Source: an uncultured Pelagibacteraceae bacterium (GTDB taxonomy: Bacteria; Pseudomonadota; Alphaproteobacteria; Pelagibacterales; Pelagibacteraceae). Taken from it: a stretch of DNA of 64,000 bases. Location of the stretch: assembly GCA_902519455.1 (NCBI GenBank), contig CABYJT010000001.1, forward strand, positions 4,028 to 68,027, in the 5' to 3' direction. The notes beneath the pieces are model-generated. The model was not told the origin of the DNA and searched no databases. It saw nothing but the letters and a program-made list of their open reading frames with translations. A program made the translations under genes and the position numbers. Positions 50,506 to 60,654 of this stretch are shown piece after piece; position 1 is the stretch's first letter, and the number at the start of each line of letters is the position of its first letter.

Positions 50506-51632
50506 CTTTTTTGTCTGCTTGAAACTTTACACGCTTCAATAAATTTTGCAGTTTCAAGTCCCTCATCCTCATTTGGATAAAAATACCTTTTTTTTGAATT
50601 ATTTTTCAAAGATGCTGCAAATTCACGATAAATATTTGCAAATGCATCCAAATATCCTTCAGGATGTCCAAATTTTAATCTAGAAAATTTTTTAGACAAT
50701 TCAGCATTAAAAAAACCTCTTTCAATAAATTTAACAGCACCATTAGATGGATTAAGTTTTAAATAGTTTGGATCGTTTTGAACCCATTCCAAACTTCCTT
50801 TTGTTCCAAATATTCTTATTCTTAATCCATAAACCCCACCTCTGGCCATTACACTTGTCCAAAACATTCCTTTAGCACCTTTATTAAAATTAATCATTAC
50901 TTGAGCATTGTTGTCCATTTTAATTTTATTTGAAACTTGTTTAATATCTGCAAAAATAGTTTCACCTTTTAAACCTGATATATAAGTTGCTATATGATAT
51001 GCATGGGAGCCAATTTCGTTTAAGACCGCTGAAGCTCCAACAATATTTTTATCTATTTTCCATTTAAACTTTTTCTTTGCATTTTTTTGTGAAATACCTT
51101 CTCCATCTGACCAATCCTGAACGTATTCAACGTTTACGTATTCAACTTTTCCAATTTTACCTTTTTCAACCAATACTTTTGCCTCTCTAACCATAGGATA
51201 AGCAGAGTAATTGTGTGTCAAAGCATACTTAATTTTTTTATTTGATTTTATTTTTTTAAATAATTTTTTAGCTTGAGTAAGATTCCCAGCAAATGGTTTA
51301 TCAGAAATTACATGTATATTTTTATCAATAAATTTTTCTGCAATAATTTGGTGACTTGAAGGAGGTGTCATTATTGCTACAACATTAATACCATCTTTTC
51401 TTGCCGCTTCTCTTTCAGCCATTTCTCTAAAATTTGAATAGCATCTCTCTTTTAAAATACCTAGGCTTTGACCAAAGCTTTTAGATAGTTTTGAATTTCT
51501 AGAAAAAACACCAGCAACTATCTCATATTGATTATCAAATCTTGATGAAATTCTATGAACATGACCAATCCAAGATTTTGGACCACCTCCAACTACACCA
51601 AGCTGAATTTTTTTTCCTTTAATTAATCTCAT
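50487..51632 (-). CDS. Gfo/Idh/MocA family oxidoreductase
   Basis: GGGPKSWIG, DKP, YSAYPMVR, GHPEGY. Start placed at ATG 51632 because the longer ORF overlaps iolE. Confidence 0.85.
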   Translation of the reverse strand: MRLIKGKKIQLGVVGGGPKSWIGHVHRISSRFDNQYEIVAGVFSRNSKLSKSFGQSLGILKERCYSNFREMAEREAARKDGINVVAIMTPPSSHQIIAEKFIDKNIHVISDKPFAGNLTQAKKLFKKIKSNKKIKYALTHNYSAYPMVREAKVLVEKGKIGKVEYVNVEYVQDWSDGEGISQKNAKKKFKWKIDKNIVGASAVLNEIGSHAYHIATYISGLKGETIFADIKQVSNKIKMDNNAQVMINFNKGAKGMFWTSVMARGGVYGLRIRIFGTKGSLEWVQNDPNYLKLNPSNGAVKFIERGFFNAELSKKFSRLKFGHPEGYLDAFANIYREFAASLKNNSKKRYFYPNEDEGLETAKFIEACKVSSRQKRWVKIK

Positions 51633-51663
51633 GATTAAATATATCTTAACAAATAAAAAATTT

Positions 51664-52566
51664 ATGTCAGTAAAATTAGGTATAGCACCAATTGCTTGGA
51701 GTAATGATGACATGCCTGAGCTAGGCGGAGATACTCCTTTAGAACAATGTTTGTCAGAGGCAAGTCAGGCTGGATTTGTTGGAATTGAGTCAGGTGGTAA
51801 ATTCCCAAAAACATCAAAAGAGTTATTACCAAAATTAGAAAAGTATAACTTAAAATTATGTTCTGGTTGGTATAGTGGAAATCTTAGAAAAAATTCTGTT
51901 GAACAAGAAAAAAATTTAATTCAAGACCAACTTAAATTATTTAAAGATTGTGAAGCTCCATGCATCGTTTTTGCTGAAGTTTTCGGTTCAATACAGGGTG
52001 ATCCAAGAAAAAAACTTTCCAGTAGACCTAAGATGACGGATCAAGAATGGAAAGATTATTGCGCAAAAATATCTGAACTTGCAAAATATCTTGAAGATGA
52101 GGGTATGCCTTTAGCTTACCACCATCATATGGGAACAGTTATTGAAACAGAAGAAGAAACTATTAGATTGCTAGAAAATACAGATGATAGTGTAAAATTA
52201 ACTTTAGATACTGGTCATATGTTATTTGCTCAGGGAAATTCAATTAATTTAATTAATAAGTTTAAGGAAAGAGTAATCCATATTCACTGCAAAGATATTA
52301 GAGAGGAAGTATTAAAAAAAGCTCTTTCTGAAGATTTGAGTTTTAGGGATGCCTTTTTAGAAGGTGCCTTTACCGTACCTGGTGATGGGTGTATCGACTA
52401 TAAACCTTTGTTTGATATTTTAAAAAAAAATAATTATCAGGGTTGGCTTGTTGTCGAGGCTGAACAAGATCCTAAAAAAGCTAATCCACTTGAATATGCT
52501 ATCAAGGGTTATAAATATATTAAAGAAACTTTAAAGAAATCAAATTTAGAGATTAATAATCTATAA
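51664..52566 (+). CDS. iolE: myo-inosose-2 dehydratase
   Basis: GIAPIAWSNDDMPELGG, YHHHMGT, DTGH, HCKD, VVEAEQDP. Start placed at ATG 51664. Confidence 0.94.
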   Translation: MSVKLGIAPIAWSNDDMPELGGDTPLEQCLSEASQAGFVGIESGGKFPKTSKELLPKLEKYNLKLCSGWYSGNLRKNSVEQEKNLIQDQLKLFKDCEAPCIVFAEVFGSIQGDPRKKLSSRPKMTDQEWKDYCAKISELAKYLEDEGMPLAYHHHMGTVIETEEETIRLLENTDDSVKLTLDTGHMLFAQGNSINLINKFKERVIHIHCKDIREEVLKKALSEDLSFRDAFLEGAFTVPGDGCIDYKPLFDILKKNNYQGWLVVEAEQDPKKANPLEYAIKGYKYIKETLKKSNLEINNL

Positions 52567-53517
52567 TTTTACTTTTTTACTATCTTCAAGTTTACCATCG
52601 AAAAAATCAAAAATATTTTGAATAGTTTCTTTTGCCATTCTGGTCATGCATTCCTCAGTGAATGCTGCAGCATGAGGACTTAGGAAAACTTTATCATTTT
52701 TTAATAGAGGATTATCAGCCTCTGGAGGCTCTACTTCAAATACATCAATTCCTGCTCCAAAAATTAAATTTTCATTCAAAGCCCTATCTAAATCTTTTTC
52801 ATTTATTATACCACCTCTTGCAGCATTTATGATGATGCAGTTTTTTTTCATTGTTTTTAGAAGTTCGTAATTTATAATATTTTTAGTTTGATCAGTTAAA
52901 GGTATATGGAGTGAGACAGCATCCATATCTTTAATAGCCTCTGACAAATCTTCAACTTTTTTACCACCCATTTTACTTATTGTTTCTTTATCTACAAATG
53001 GATCGTAAACAAAAACGTTCATTTCAAATCCTAAACATCTTTTGATCAACGCTTTTCCTATTCTTCCAAATCCAGCAATAAGAATGTTTTTATCCCAAAT
53101 CTCTATAGTTTTTGGTAATTTATTTCGTTCAGTAAATTTTCCACTTTTGACTGAATGGTCATACATATTTTTTCTTTTTGAGATACTTAAAAGCATAAAA
53201 AGAACATGTTCTGCAACTGCCACAGCATTTGCTGTTGCAGTTATTGCTACATCAATATTTCCTTTTTTACAGCTATTTAAATCAATATTATCGTAACCAA
53301 CTCCATGTCTCGAAATTATTTTAAGTTTTTTTGCATTTTCAATTGCCTCAGCAGGTAATATTGAAGTTCTTAAAGAAACTGCGTCTGCATTAACAATTTT
53401 TTGTTTTACATTTTCAACACTTAAATCTTCAACAACCTCGTAACTATAGTTACTATTACTTTTTAATAATTCCATACCTTTTTCATGAATAGGTTGGACA
53501 ATGAGAATTTTTTTCAT
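52561..53517 (-). CDS. D-isomer-specific 2-hydroxyacid dehydrogenase (SerA-like, no ACT domain)
   Basis: RHGVGYDNID, GFGRIG, NAARGG, DVFEVEP, SPH. Confidence 0.88.
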   Translation of the reverse strand: MKKILIVQPIHEKGMELLKSNSNYSYEVVEDLSVENVKQKIVNADAVSLRTSILPAEAIENAKKLKIISRHGVGYDNIDLNSCKKGNIDVAITATANAVAVAEHVLFMLLSISKRKNMYDHSVKSGKFTERNKLPKTIEIWDKNILIAGFGRIGKALIKRCLGFEMNVFVYDPFVDKETISKMGGKKVEDLSEAIKDMDAVSLHIPLTDQTKNIINYELLKTMKKNCIIINAARGGIINEKDLDRALNENLIFGAGIDVFEVEPPEADNPLLKNDKVFLSPHAAAFTEECMTRMAKETIQNIFDFFDGKLEDSKKVKL

Positions 53518-53532
53518 AATTTAAAAAAGAAA

Positions 53533-54513
53533 TTATACTAGTCTAGCAAGATCTCTTTTACTATTTTTAAATGTTGGAAGTGGATATTTAAATGCATACT
53601 TTCTTGGAATACATTTATTCTTTGCCTTTTCCCATAAAGCAATCCATTGCTTATAATTGTGGATGGTAATATTTTTTTTATTTTTACTTCTTACATAAAA
53701 ATTGGGCAAAGGTTTCCTACCAGATGGGGTTCCAGCTCTATTGTATCTTAAATCAGCGCTAATTCTAAAATCATTAGATCTATTAGGCAATGAACAATGA
53801 ATAGAATGTTTGTGCAAAATAATAATATCGCCAACATTAGCTTCTAGAAAAACTGGTTTGTAATTATCAAGTAGTTTACTATCTTTTATTTCGACCTGGC
53901 CTCTATACCCCGATATATGATTCAATAGTCCCAATTTATTAATTTCTTTTACTGTAATCATACATCCATTTTTTTTTGTAGTTTTAGTAAATGGAATCCA
54001 AACAGTAACCATATCTGTTAATCTTTGTCCCAAAGATGATAATACTGCTGCATCCTGATGCCAGGGTGTTCTGCCTGAGAGACCATCGTGAACAGAATGT
54101 TTAGGTAATTTATTTTCAGGTTGTTTAATTCTGGTATTTTGAACTGGATTTGAAAGTATCTCTGGCCCTAATAATTTTTCAACTACATCCAAGATTTTTT
54201 TGTGATTTATTAAATTCCACAAAGATTGAGATGCAAAATAATCACTATCTTTCTTCACATGATCTCTTGGAAGTCTGGTGTTAAAATATTGATCAAGATC
54301 ATAAATATTTAGTTTTGAAATGTAAGTGTATTTTTTCCTAAAATTATATTTTAAAACCTTTTCTTTCATGTTCTCAGGAGCAAATTTATGAACTAAATTG
54401 TCCATTACATATTCCATGTCATTTAAAATTGGTTTTAGATCTTTGTTGAAGTTAAGAACATTTCTTACTCTTAAGAAGCCATCCCTATCTAAAATACTCT
54501 TTAATTTAATCAT
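53533..54513 (-). CDS. Fe(II)/2-oxoglutarate dioxygenase, PhyH family
   Basis: TPWHQD, TVWIP, NGCM, distal His in SIHCS, NRS..FR. Confidence 0.85.
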   Translation of the reverse strand: MIKLKSILDRDGFLRVRNVLNFNKDLKPILNDMEYVMDNLVHKFAPENMKEKVLKYNFRKKYTYISKLNIYDLDQYFNTRLPRDHVKKDSDYFASQSLWNLINHKKILDVVEKLLGPEILSNPVQNTRIKQPENKLPKHSVHDGLSGRTPWHQDAAVLSSLGQRLTDMVTVWIPFTKTTKKNGCMITVKEINKLGLLNHISGYRGQVEIKDSKLLDNYKPVFLEANVGDIIILHKHSIHCSLPNRSNDFRISADLRYNRAGTPSGRKPLPNFYVRSKNKKNITIHNYKQWIALWEKAKNKCIPRKYAFKYPLPTFKNSKRDLARLV

Positions 54514-54533
54514 AGTTTACTAATTATCAGAAT

Positions 54534-55478
54534 TTAGCTGTACATACCTTCTTTTACTTTAATCATTTTGTACATTAGGTCATTCAAGGGTGTGGCTATT
54601 CCGTGTTTTTTTCCTATTTTAGATACAGCTCCACTTATGAAATCAATTTCAGTTTTTCTTTTATAAAGTACATCAAAAGCCATTGATGATTTATTTGTTT
54701 GTTTTGAATCAACAATCTTATTAAACATGAATAAACACTCATCCTCTGAAACATCAACACCATCCGCTAAAGCAACATCTCTTGTTTCTAAAATTATCTC
54801 TTTACCTAAACTTCTTGAGACGTCGTTGGCATTATTATTTATGTAAAGATCAGTATGATGCAGATCAAAAATAGCAGAAAGTGGGCCTATTGCGGTTAAT
54901 GCAAAAAGTTTCATCCATTTTCTTTTTTTTACATCTTCAGCTGCAATCATTTCTAAATTATGAGCAGTAAATGTGTCTGCAATTTCAGTTATTCTATCTG
55001 TTATACCACCATCATATTCTCCAATCCAAGAGGGTAGAGCTGCATGATTCATAATATGACCAGGGCCTAAGATATTTGAAGCTTGAGTTGTTGTTCCCCC
55101 GATTACTTTTTCGTCACCAACAATACTTTTAATTATTGCCTCATGTCCAATTCCATTTTGAAAAGACATAAAAACTGTTTTATCGTTAATAATGTTTTTT
55201 ATACTTTTTAATGCAGGCTCTAAAGCTGTTGCTTTACACATTACTATCACAGCATCAACTTTTCCAATTGTAGATGGATCTGATGTTGCTAGTACTTTTA
55301 TGAATCTATCACCACCATGGCCATCCATTTTTAGACCATTTTTATTTATTTCATCAACATGCTCTTTCCAAACATCTATGAGCGTTACATTTAGACCTTT
55401 TTCAGATAGTAGACCTCCAAATAGACATCCCATTGCTCCCGCTCCAAGAACTGCAACTTTTAAATCTTTATTATTCAT
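54534..55478 (-). CDS. Ketopantoate reductase family (PanE/ApbA) 2-ketoacid reductase
   Basis: GAGAMG, QNG, KWMK, SSMAFD, TEIDFISG. Confidence 0.88.
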   Translation of the reverse strand: MNNKDLKVAVLGAGAMGCLFGGLLSEKGLNVTLIDVWKEHVDEINKNGLKMDGHGGDRFIKVLATSDPSTIGKVDAVIVMCKATALEPALKSIKNIINDKTVFMSFQNGIGHEAIIKSIVGDEKVIGGTTTQASNILGPGHIMNHAALPSWIGEYDGGITDRITEIADTFTAHNLEMIAAEDVKKRKWMKLFALTAIGPLSAIFDLHHTDLYINNNANDVSRSLGKEIILETRDVALADGVDVSEDECLFMFNKIVDSKQTNKSSMAFDVLYKRKTEIDFISGAVSKIGKKHGIATPLNDLMYKMIKVKEGMYS

Positions 55479-55541
55479 TTTTAAGAAACAAATATATTAA
55501 TGTATAGAAATTATGCAATATATTATGTAACTAATTTATAT

Positions 55542-56510
55542 ATGGAATTAAAAATAGAAAAAGGAATTTTTAAGAAATTCGAGTTAGAAGAAATAACAAG
55601 TGCGTTGCAAGTTGGATTGTCAAAAAATTTTGAAAGTGTCACAGCAAAGATAGTTGATTGTCCAAACTTAAGAGATTGGAATTGTCCATCAGAAGGAATG
55701 AGTGGCAACCAAAGAATAATTGATGTTGGAGGAGAACCGTATATGCACGATCCTAAATATATTGGTGCTGAATTCGATTATGCAGAAATATCTAGATTGA
55801 TTGGGTCAGAGAAATCATACGCACTTGGCGCAGGATCTGGAGCAATGTCTTGTCTTGATGGTCACTGCGGTGAACTGGTTATAAACGAAAACTTAACAAC
55901 AAAGGAGTATAGATCTTTAATAGCAAGGGTAGGTACAGATAAAAAATGTATTGTAGAGGACTATAATGACAGTAAACACGGTGGACTTGGCAATGTTTAT
56001 TATTCAGATGGTGTTAAGGGTAAAGTTATTTATTTAAAGATAAAGAAAAGAATTGGAAAACAAGGCTCGTTGCCTCAAGCAATCAGAGCAGCACTTTCAG
56101 AAAATTTAAAAATATTTAACAACGATCATATCGCTTTAGCTGGTGTATTTAGAGTTTTAAATGGAAAAATAAGATCACATGTTCAACCAGATTATAAGGA
56201 TATAAAATATGAATACTACGATCCAAAATTAATGAAATGTACAAAAGATTTTCTTCAATTTTATGAGCCAGTAGGACCAAAATTACAATGTTATACCGTT
56301 TTATGGACAGGAGATCCAATGGGTGGAGAATTAAATCTTAGAGAATCTGGAGAGCATACACATTTTCATTCATACGAACATAAAAATGATGCAGGACATT
56401 ATCATTTTGATGTGACACCAGACGAGATAGAATACGAAGGATATTTTAATACTGCACAAGAAGTTCACAGAGTAAATAATATTTACAAAGAATTAGCTGC
56501 GAAAAATTAA
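55542..56510 (+). CDS. PTD012/C11orf54 (DUF1907) family zinc metalloenzyme
   Basis: VDCPNL, RIIDVGGEPY, LGAGSG and EHTHFHS...GHYHFDVTPDEIEYEGYF parallel recalled motifs of human C11orf54 (VDCPDL, EVGGVPY, LGAGAG, EHTH...GHYHYDTTPD..EY.GYF). ATG 55542 preferred as start. Confidence 0.85.
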   Translation: MELKIEKGIFKKFELEEITSALQVGLSKNFESVTAKIVDCPNLRDWNCPSEGMSGNQRIIDVGGEPYMHDPKYIGAEFDYAEISRLIGSEKSYALGAGSGAMSCLDGHCGELVINENLTTKEYRSLIARVGTDKKCIVEDYNDSKHGGLGNVYYSDGVKGKVIYLKIKKRIGKQGSLPQAIRAALSENLKIFNNDHIALAGVFRVLNGKIRSHVQPDYKDIKYEYYDPKLMKCTKDFLQFYEPVGPKLQCYTVLWTGDPMGGELNLRESGEHTHFHSYEHKNDAGHYHFDVTPDEIEYEGYFNTAQEVHRVNNIYKELAAKN

Positions 56511-56511
56511 T

Positions 56512-57303
56512 TTAGTAAGTTTCAGACTCTTTTTTGCTTATTGAGCCTTTCATTTTTTCTACAATTGCCTTAGCACCAGCACTCATTGCCCTTTGATCTG
56601 CTCCAATAGTTACAAAGTTAAATCCTTTATCGATCATTTTTTGTGCATACTCTGGTGTTCCATTATGAATTCCTGCAAAAATATTATTTTTTTTGGCATG
56701 CTCTAATATTCTTAATATTTCTGAATAAGCTTTTGTATCTTCTGCTCTGTCAAACCCAGGCTTTTCTCCTATTGCTAAACTTAAGTCAGCTGGGCCAATA
56801 TATATTCCATCTACACCATCTGTAGACATAATCTCATCTAATTTATCTAATGACTCTTTTGTTTCAATCATAGCTAATTTTAAAATTTCATCATTTGCAT
56901 GGTCGGCATAATCAGCGCCTCCATAAATTAATCCTCTAACAGGACCAAAACTTCTATATCCTCTTGGAGGGTACATGCAGGCTTGTACAAATCTCTCTGC
57001 TTCTTCTTTATTACTTACCATAGGACATATAATTCCATAACAACCAGCGTCTAAAATTTTCATTATTTGGCCTGGTTCATTCCAATTTACTCTAGCAAGA
57101 GGAGTTACATCAGTTGATGAAATTGTTTGAAGCATTGGAAGTGCATTTGTGTAATCAACAAGTCCATGTTGCATATCTACAGTTAGAGAGTCCCAACCTT
57201 GATGCGCCATAACTTCGGCTGATACAGTGCTTGGTATTTGTAACCAACCATTTACAACAGGCTTACCATCAGCCATCATTTGTTTGACTTTATTTTTTCT
57301 CAT
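56512..57303 (-). CDS. HpcH/HpaI family class II aldolase
   Basis: DMQHG, ARV, KILDAG, YPPRGYRS, MIET, GPADLS. Confidence 0.9.
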   Translation of the reverse strand: MRKNKVKQMMADGKPVVNGWLQIPSTVSAEVMAHQGWDSLTVDMQHGLVDYTNALPMLQTISSTDVTPLARVNWNEPGQIMKILDAGCYGIICPMVSNKEEAERFVQACMYPPRGYRSFGPVRGLIYGGADYADHANDEILKLAMIETKESLDKLDEIMSTDGVDGIYIGPADLSLAIGEKPGFDRAEDTKAYSEILRILEHAKKNNIFAGIHNGTPEYAQKMIDKGFNFVTIGADQRAMSAGAKAIVEKMKGSISKKESETY

Positions 57304-58745
57304 TAATAATTGAGACCGAAGTGAGTGTACTTAACGTTCAAATAATCTTTGATAGCCATAGAACCACCTTCTCTTCCATAGCCTGTTTGTTTTATTCCTC
57401 CAAAAGGTACTTCAGCAAAAGCAATTGTCGGATGGTTTACTGCACATGTTCCAGTTTCCATTTTTTCTGAGACTTTGTGCGCTTTTTCTAAGGAATTTGT
57501 GTAGATATAGCTTGCTAAACCAAGGTCATTATCATTTGCTCTTTTCACAACTTCATCTGTGTCTTTAAAAGTAAGCAATGGAACTAAAGGTCCAAATGGC
57601 TCTTCTTTAGCAATTGTAAAATTATCTTTAACATTATCAAAAATTGTTGGTTCGTAAAAATACCCTTTATTAAAACCAGCCGGTCTTTTTCCACCACATA
57701 AAACTGTTGCGCCCTCATTTTTAGTTTTTTCTACTAACGCCTCTATTTCATTTAATCTTTTTTCTGTTGTTAAAGGTCCTAGAATTGTATCTTCATCCAT
57801 TCCGTTACCAACTTTAAGCTTAGTGACTTTTTCAACTAAAGTTTTAGCAAATTCATCTTTTTTACTTTCATGAATATAAAATCTCGCAGGCGATATACAA
57901 ACTTGACCATTATTTCTAAATTTAGCAGTGATTGCCATATCAGTTACTTTGTTTATATCTACATCGTCAAAAACAATAAAAGGTGAATGACCACTTAACT
58001 CCATTGTAACTCTTTGCACTTTTTCAGCAGCTTGTTTTAAAATTAGTTTTCCAACTCTTGTTGAACCAGTTATAGAAACTTTTTTCACTATGTCAGATGA
58101 TATTAATTGAGATGAGATTTTAGCTGGATCACCAGATAATAAATTTACTACTCCTGGAGGAACGCCTGCATCATTTATAATATTCATAAGCTCCATTACA
58201 CTACCTGGAGTAATCACATCAGGCTTACAAATTACCGAACATCCTGCAGCTAAAGCAGTAGAAATTTTTCTTGAGGATAAAACTATTGGAAAGTTCCATG
58301 GTATTAATCCAGCAACAACCCCAACAGGTTCATATTTAACATACATCCTCGTATGTTCAAATCTACTTTCAACTATTTGACCATAAATTCTTTTTGTTTC
58401 TTCAGAGTTCCATTCAAAAATATCTGCAGCTCCTCCAACTTCTCCTTTTGCTTCTGATAGTGGCTTTCCAACCTCTAATGTTAACCACTTAGCTAATACA
58501 TCGGTTCTCTCTCTCATTAGGTCGGCAATTTTTCTTATAATTTTTGATCTTTGCCAAGGTGGAGTATTTCTCCAAACCTCAAGACCTTTTTCTGCAGACT
58601 TAAGTGCTTTGTTTACATCTTCTTCACCTGCTTTAGATGCCTTACCTAAAACTTCTTCAGTTGCAGGATTTAAAACATCATAAGTTTCATTATTTTGCGA
58701 TGCTTGCCATTTGCCATCAATGAATTGTCCAAATTTGCTATACAT
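57303..58745 (-). CDS. NAD(P)-dependent aldehyde dehydrogenase (SSADH/2-oxoglutarate-semialdehyde DH-like)
   Basis: PWNFP, TGST, MELSGHSP, KFRNNGQVCISP, EEPFGP, PFGGIK. Confidence 0.9.
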   Translation of the reverse strand: MYSKFGQFIDGKWQASQNNETYDVLNPATEEVLGKASKAGEEDVNKALKSAEKGLEVWRNTPPWQRSKIIRKIADLMRERTDVLAKWLTLEVGKPLSEAKGEVGGAADIFEWNSEETKRIYGQIVESRFEHTRMYVKYEPVGVVAGLIPWNFPIVLSSRKISTALAAGCSVICKPDVITPGSVMELMNIINDAGVPPGVVNLLSGDPAKISSQLISSDIVKKVSITGSTRVGKLILKQAAEKVQRVTMELSGHSPFIVFDDVDINKVTDMAITAKFRNNGQVCISPARFYIHESKKDEFAKTLVEKVTKLKVGNGMDEDTILGPLTTEKRLNEIEALVEKTKNEGATVLCGGKRPAGFNKGYFYEPTIFDNVKDNFTIAKEEPFGPLVPLLTFKDTDEVVKRANDNDLGLASYIYTNSLEKAHKVSEKMETGTCAVNHPTIAFAEVPFGGIKQTGYGREGGSMAIKDYLNVKYTHFGLNY

Positions 58746-58800
58746 AATTTTTATTTTGTGGTTTATTAGTTGAATATTTGAGGAGAATATAACTAGAAAA

Positions 58801-60645
58801 ATGAGAAAAATAAAGCTTACTTGCGCGCATGCATTGGTTAAACATTTAATAGCTCAGAAAGTCTATATTGATGGTCATGTTAAGCCTTTGTTTCCTGGTG
58901 TATTCGGTATTTTTGGACATGGAAATGTCGCCTGTCTAGGACAAGCATTAGAGGAAAATAAAGATCAACTTCCAACATACAGGGGCCATCACGAACAAAA
59001 TATGGCTTTAACAGGTGTTGCTTATGCAAGAGCTAAAAGAAGAAAGCAAATTTTTATTGCAACAAGTTCGGTTGGACCAGGATCTACAAATCTAGTTACA
59101 GCATCAGCTGTAGCAATGAGTAATAGATTGCCAATTTTATTTTTACCAGGAGACACTTACGCAAATAGAATGCCAGATCCAGTTTTGCAACAGGTTGAAC
59201 ACTTTTCAAATCCAGGAATGACAGCTAACGACTCATTTAAACCAGTTACAAAATATTTTGATAGAATTACAAGACCAGAGCAAATATTACAGTCACTCCC
59301 TCAAGCAATTCAAACCATGTTAGATCCAGCAGAGTGTGGACCTGCATGTTTATCTTTGTGCCAAGATGTACAAGGTGAAACTTTTGATTATCCTGAGGAA
59401 TTTTTTAAAGAAAGAATTCATAATATTAGAAGACCTAGACCAGACGATTTTCAAATTAAACAAGCAGTAGAAAAAATTAAAAATTCGAAAAAACCTATTA
59501 TAATTTCTGGAGGTGGAGTATTTTATTCTGATGCCATGGATGAGTTAGGTAATTTTGCAATTAAACATAATATACCAGTAACCCAAACAGTTATGGGATA
59601 CTCAACAATGAAAAAAGATCATTCTCATTTTGTAGGACCAATAGGTGGCCTTGGTGGTAAGGCAGCAAATAACTTGGCAAAAGAAACTGATTTAGCAATT
59701 TGCATAGGAACTAAGCTTGCAGATTTTACAACCGGCTCGTGGGCTAATTTTGAAAATCCTGAATTTAAATTAGTTTCAATTAATATAGCAAGGCATGATG
59801 CCAACAAACATTTGGCAGAAGCAGTTATAGGTGATGCAAAAGTAACCTTAACAGAATTATCTAATGCTATTGGAGATTGGAAATCATCTGATAACTGGTA
59901 TAAAAAGTCACAAGATGAGTTAAAATCTTGGAATGAATATGTGGACAAAGAGAGTGGTCCAACAAATCAAGAATTACCAAGTTATGCTCATGCTGTTGGA
60001 GCAATTTATAGAAATTCAGATCCAACTGATATAGCTGTTACAGCAGCCGGAGGTTTAGTCGGAGAAGTTGTTCAAGTGTGGCGTCCAAAAGAGTTAAATA
60101 CTCATGAAACGGAGTGGGGATTTAGTTGCATGAGTTATGAAATTTCTGGTGCTCTTGGTATAAAAATGGCCAATCCTGATAAAGACGTAATTGCTTTTGT
60201 TGGCGATGGATCATACCTACTTAACAATTCAGATATATATTCTTCAGTAATTACTAATAATAAATTAATAATCATTGTGTGTGATAATGGAGGTCATGCT
60301 GTTATAAATAGACTTCAATTGTTCAAGGGTGGAAAAGAATTTAATTGTTTGTTTAACTCTTCAAATATTCAAAACTCCATAGAAGTAAATTTCGCTCAAC
60401 ATGCAGCAAGTATGGGAGCAAAATCAGAACATGTTTCTAGTATTTCAGAATTAGAAGAAGCTTTTAAAAGAGCAAAACAATCAGATGTGACTTATGTTAT
60501 ATCAATTAAAACACATAGTTACGAATGGCTTGAAGGATCAGCTTATTGGGAAAGCCCTACACTTGAGATACCAACAACAAAAGAGAACGAGGAAGCATTA
60601 AAACTTCACAAAGAAGGAAAATCAAAACAGAGACAAGGTGTTTAA
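58801..60645 (+). CDS. iolD: 3D-(3,5/4)-trihydroxycyclohexane-1,2-dione acylhydrolase
   Basis: IFGHGNV, PDPVLQQVE, FDRITRPEQ, DFTTGS, GFSCMSYEI, ThDP motif GDGSY...DN. Confidence 0.95.
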   Translation: MRKIKLTCAHALVKHLIAQKVYIDGHVKPLFPGVFGIFGHGNVACLGQALEENKDQLPTYRGHHEQNMALTGVAYARAKRRKQIFIATSSVGPGSTNLVTASAVAMSNRLPILFLPGDTYANRMPDPVLQQVEHFSNPGMTANDSFKPVTKYFDRITRPEQILQSLPQAIQTMLDPAECGPACLSLCQDVQGETFDYPEEFFKERIHNIRRPRPDDFQIKQAVEKIKNSKKPIIISGGGVFYSDAMDELGNFAIKHNIPVTQTVMGYSTMKKDHSHFVGPIGGLGGKAANNLAKETDLAICIGTKLADFTTGSWANFENPEFKLVSINIARHDANKHLAEAVIGDAKVTLTELSNAIGDWKSSDNWYKKSQDELKSWNEYVDKESGPTNQELPSYAHAVGAIYRNSDPTDIAVTAAGGLVGEVVQVWRPKELNTHETEWGFSCMSYEISGALGIKMANPDKDVIAFVGDGSYLLNNSDIYSSVITNNKLIIIVCDNGGHAVINRLQLFKGGKEFNCLFNSSNIQNSIEVNFAQHAASMGAKSEHVSSISELEEAFKRAKQSDVTYVISIKTHSYEWLEGSAYWESPTLEIPTTKENEEALKLHKEGKSKQRQGV

Positions 60646-60654
60646 AAACTTTAT

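Noticed and set aside
51633-51713. N-terminal extensions of ORFs 50487..51713 and 51631..52566
   Set aside because: They overlap each other head to head; family motifs begin after ATG 51632 and ATG 51664.
53533-54513. PhyH dioxygenase as phosphonate-degrading PhnY
   Set aside because: No phnZ or phosphonate transporter nearby; only a family-level call is supported.
57303-58745. ALDH as IolA/MmsA
   Set aside because: Motifs (ELSGHSP, FRNNGQVC) fit the SSADH-like subfamily, not the CoA-acylating methylmalonate-semialdehyde DH.
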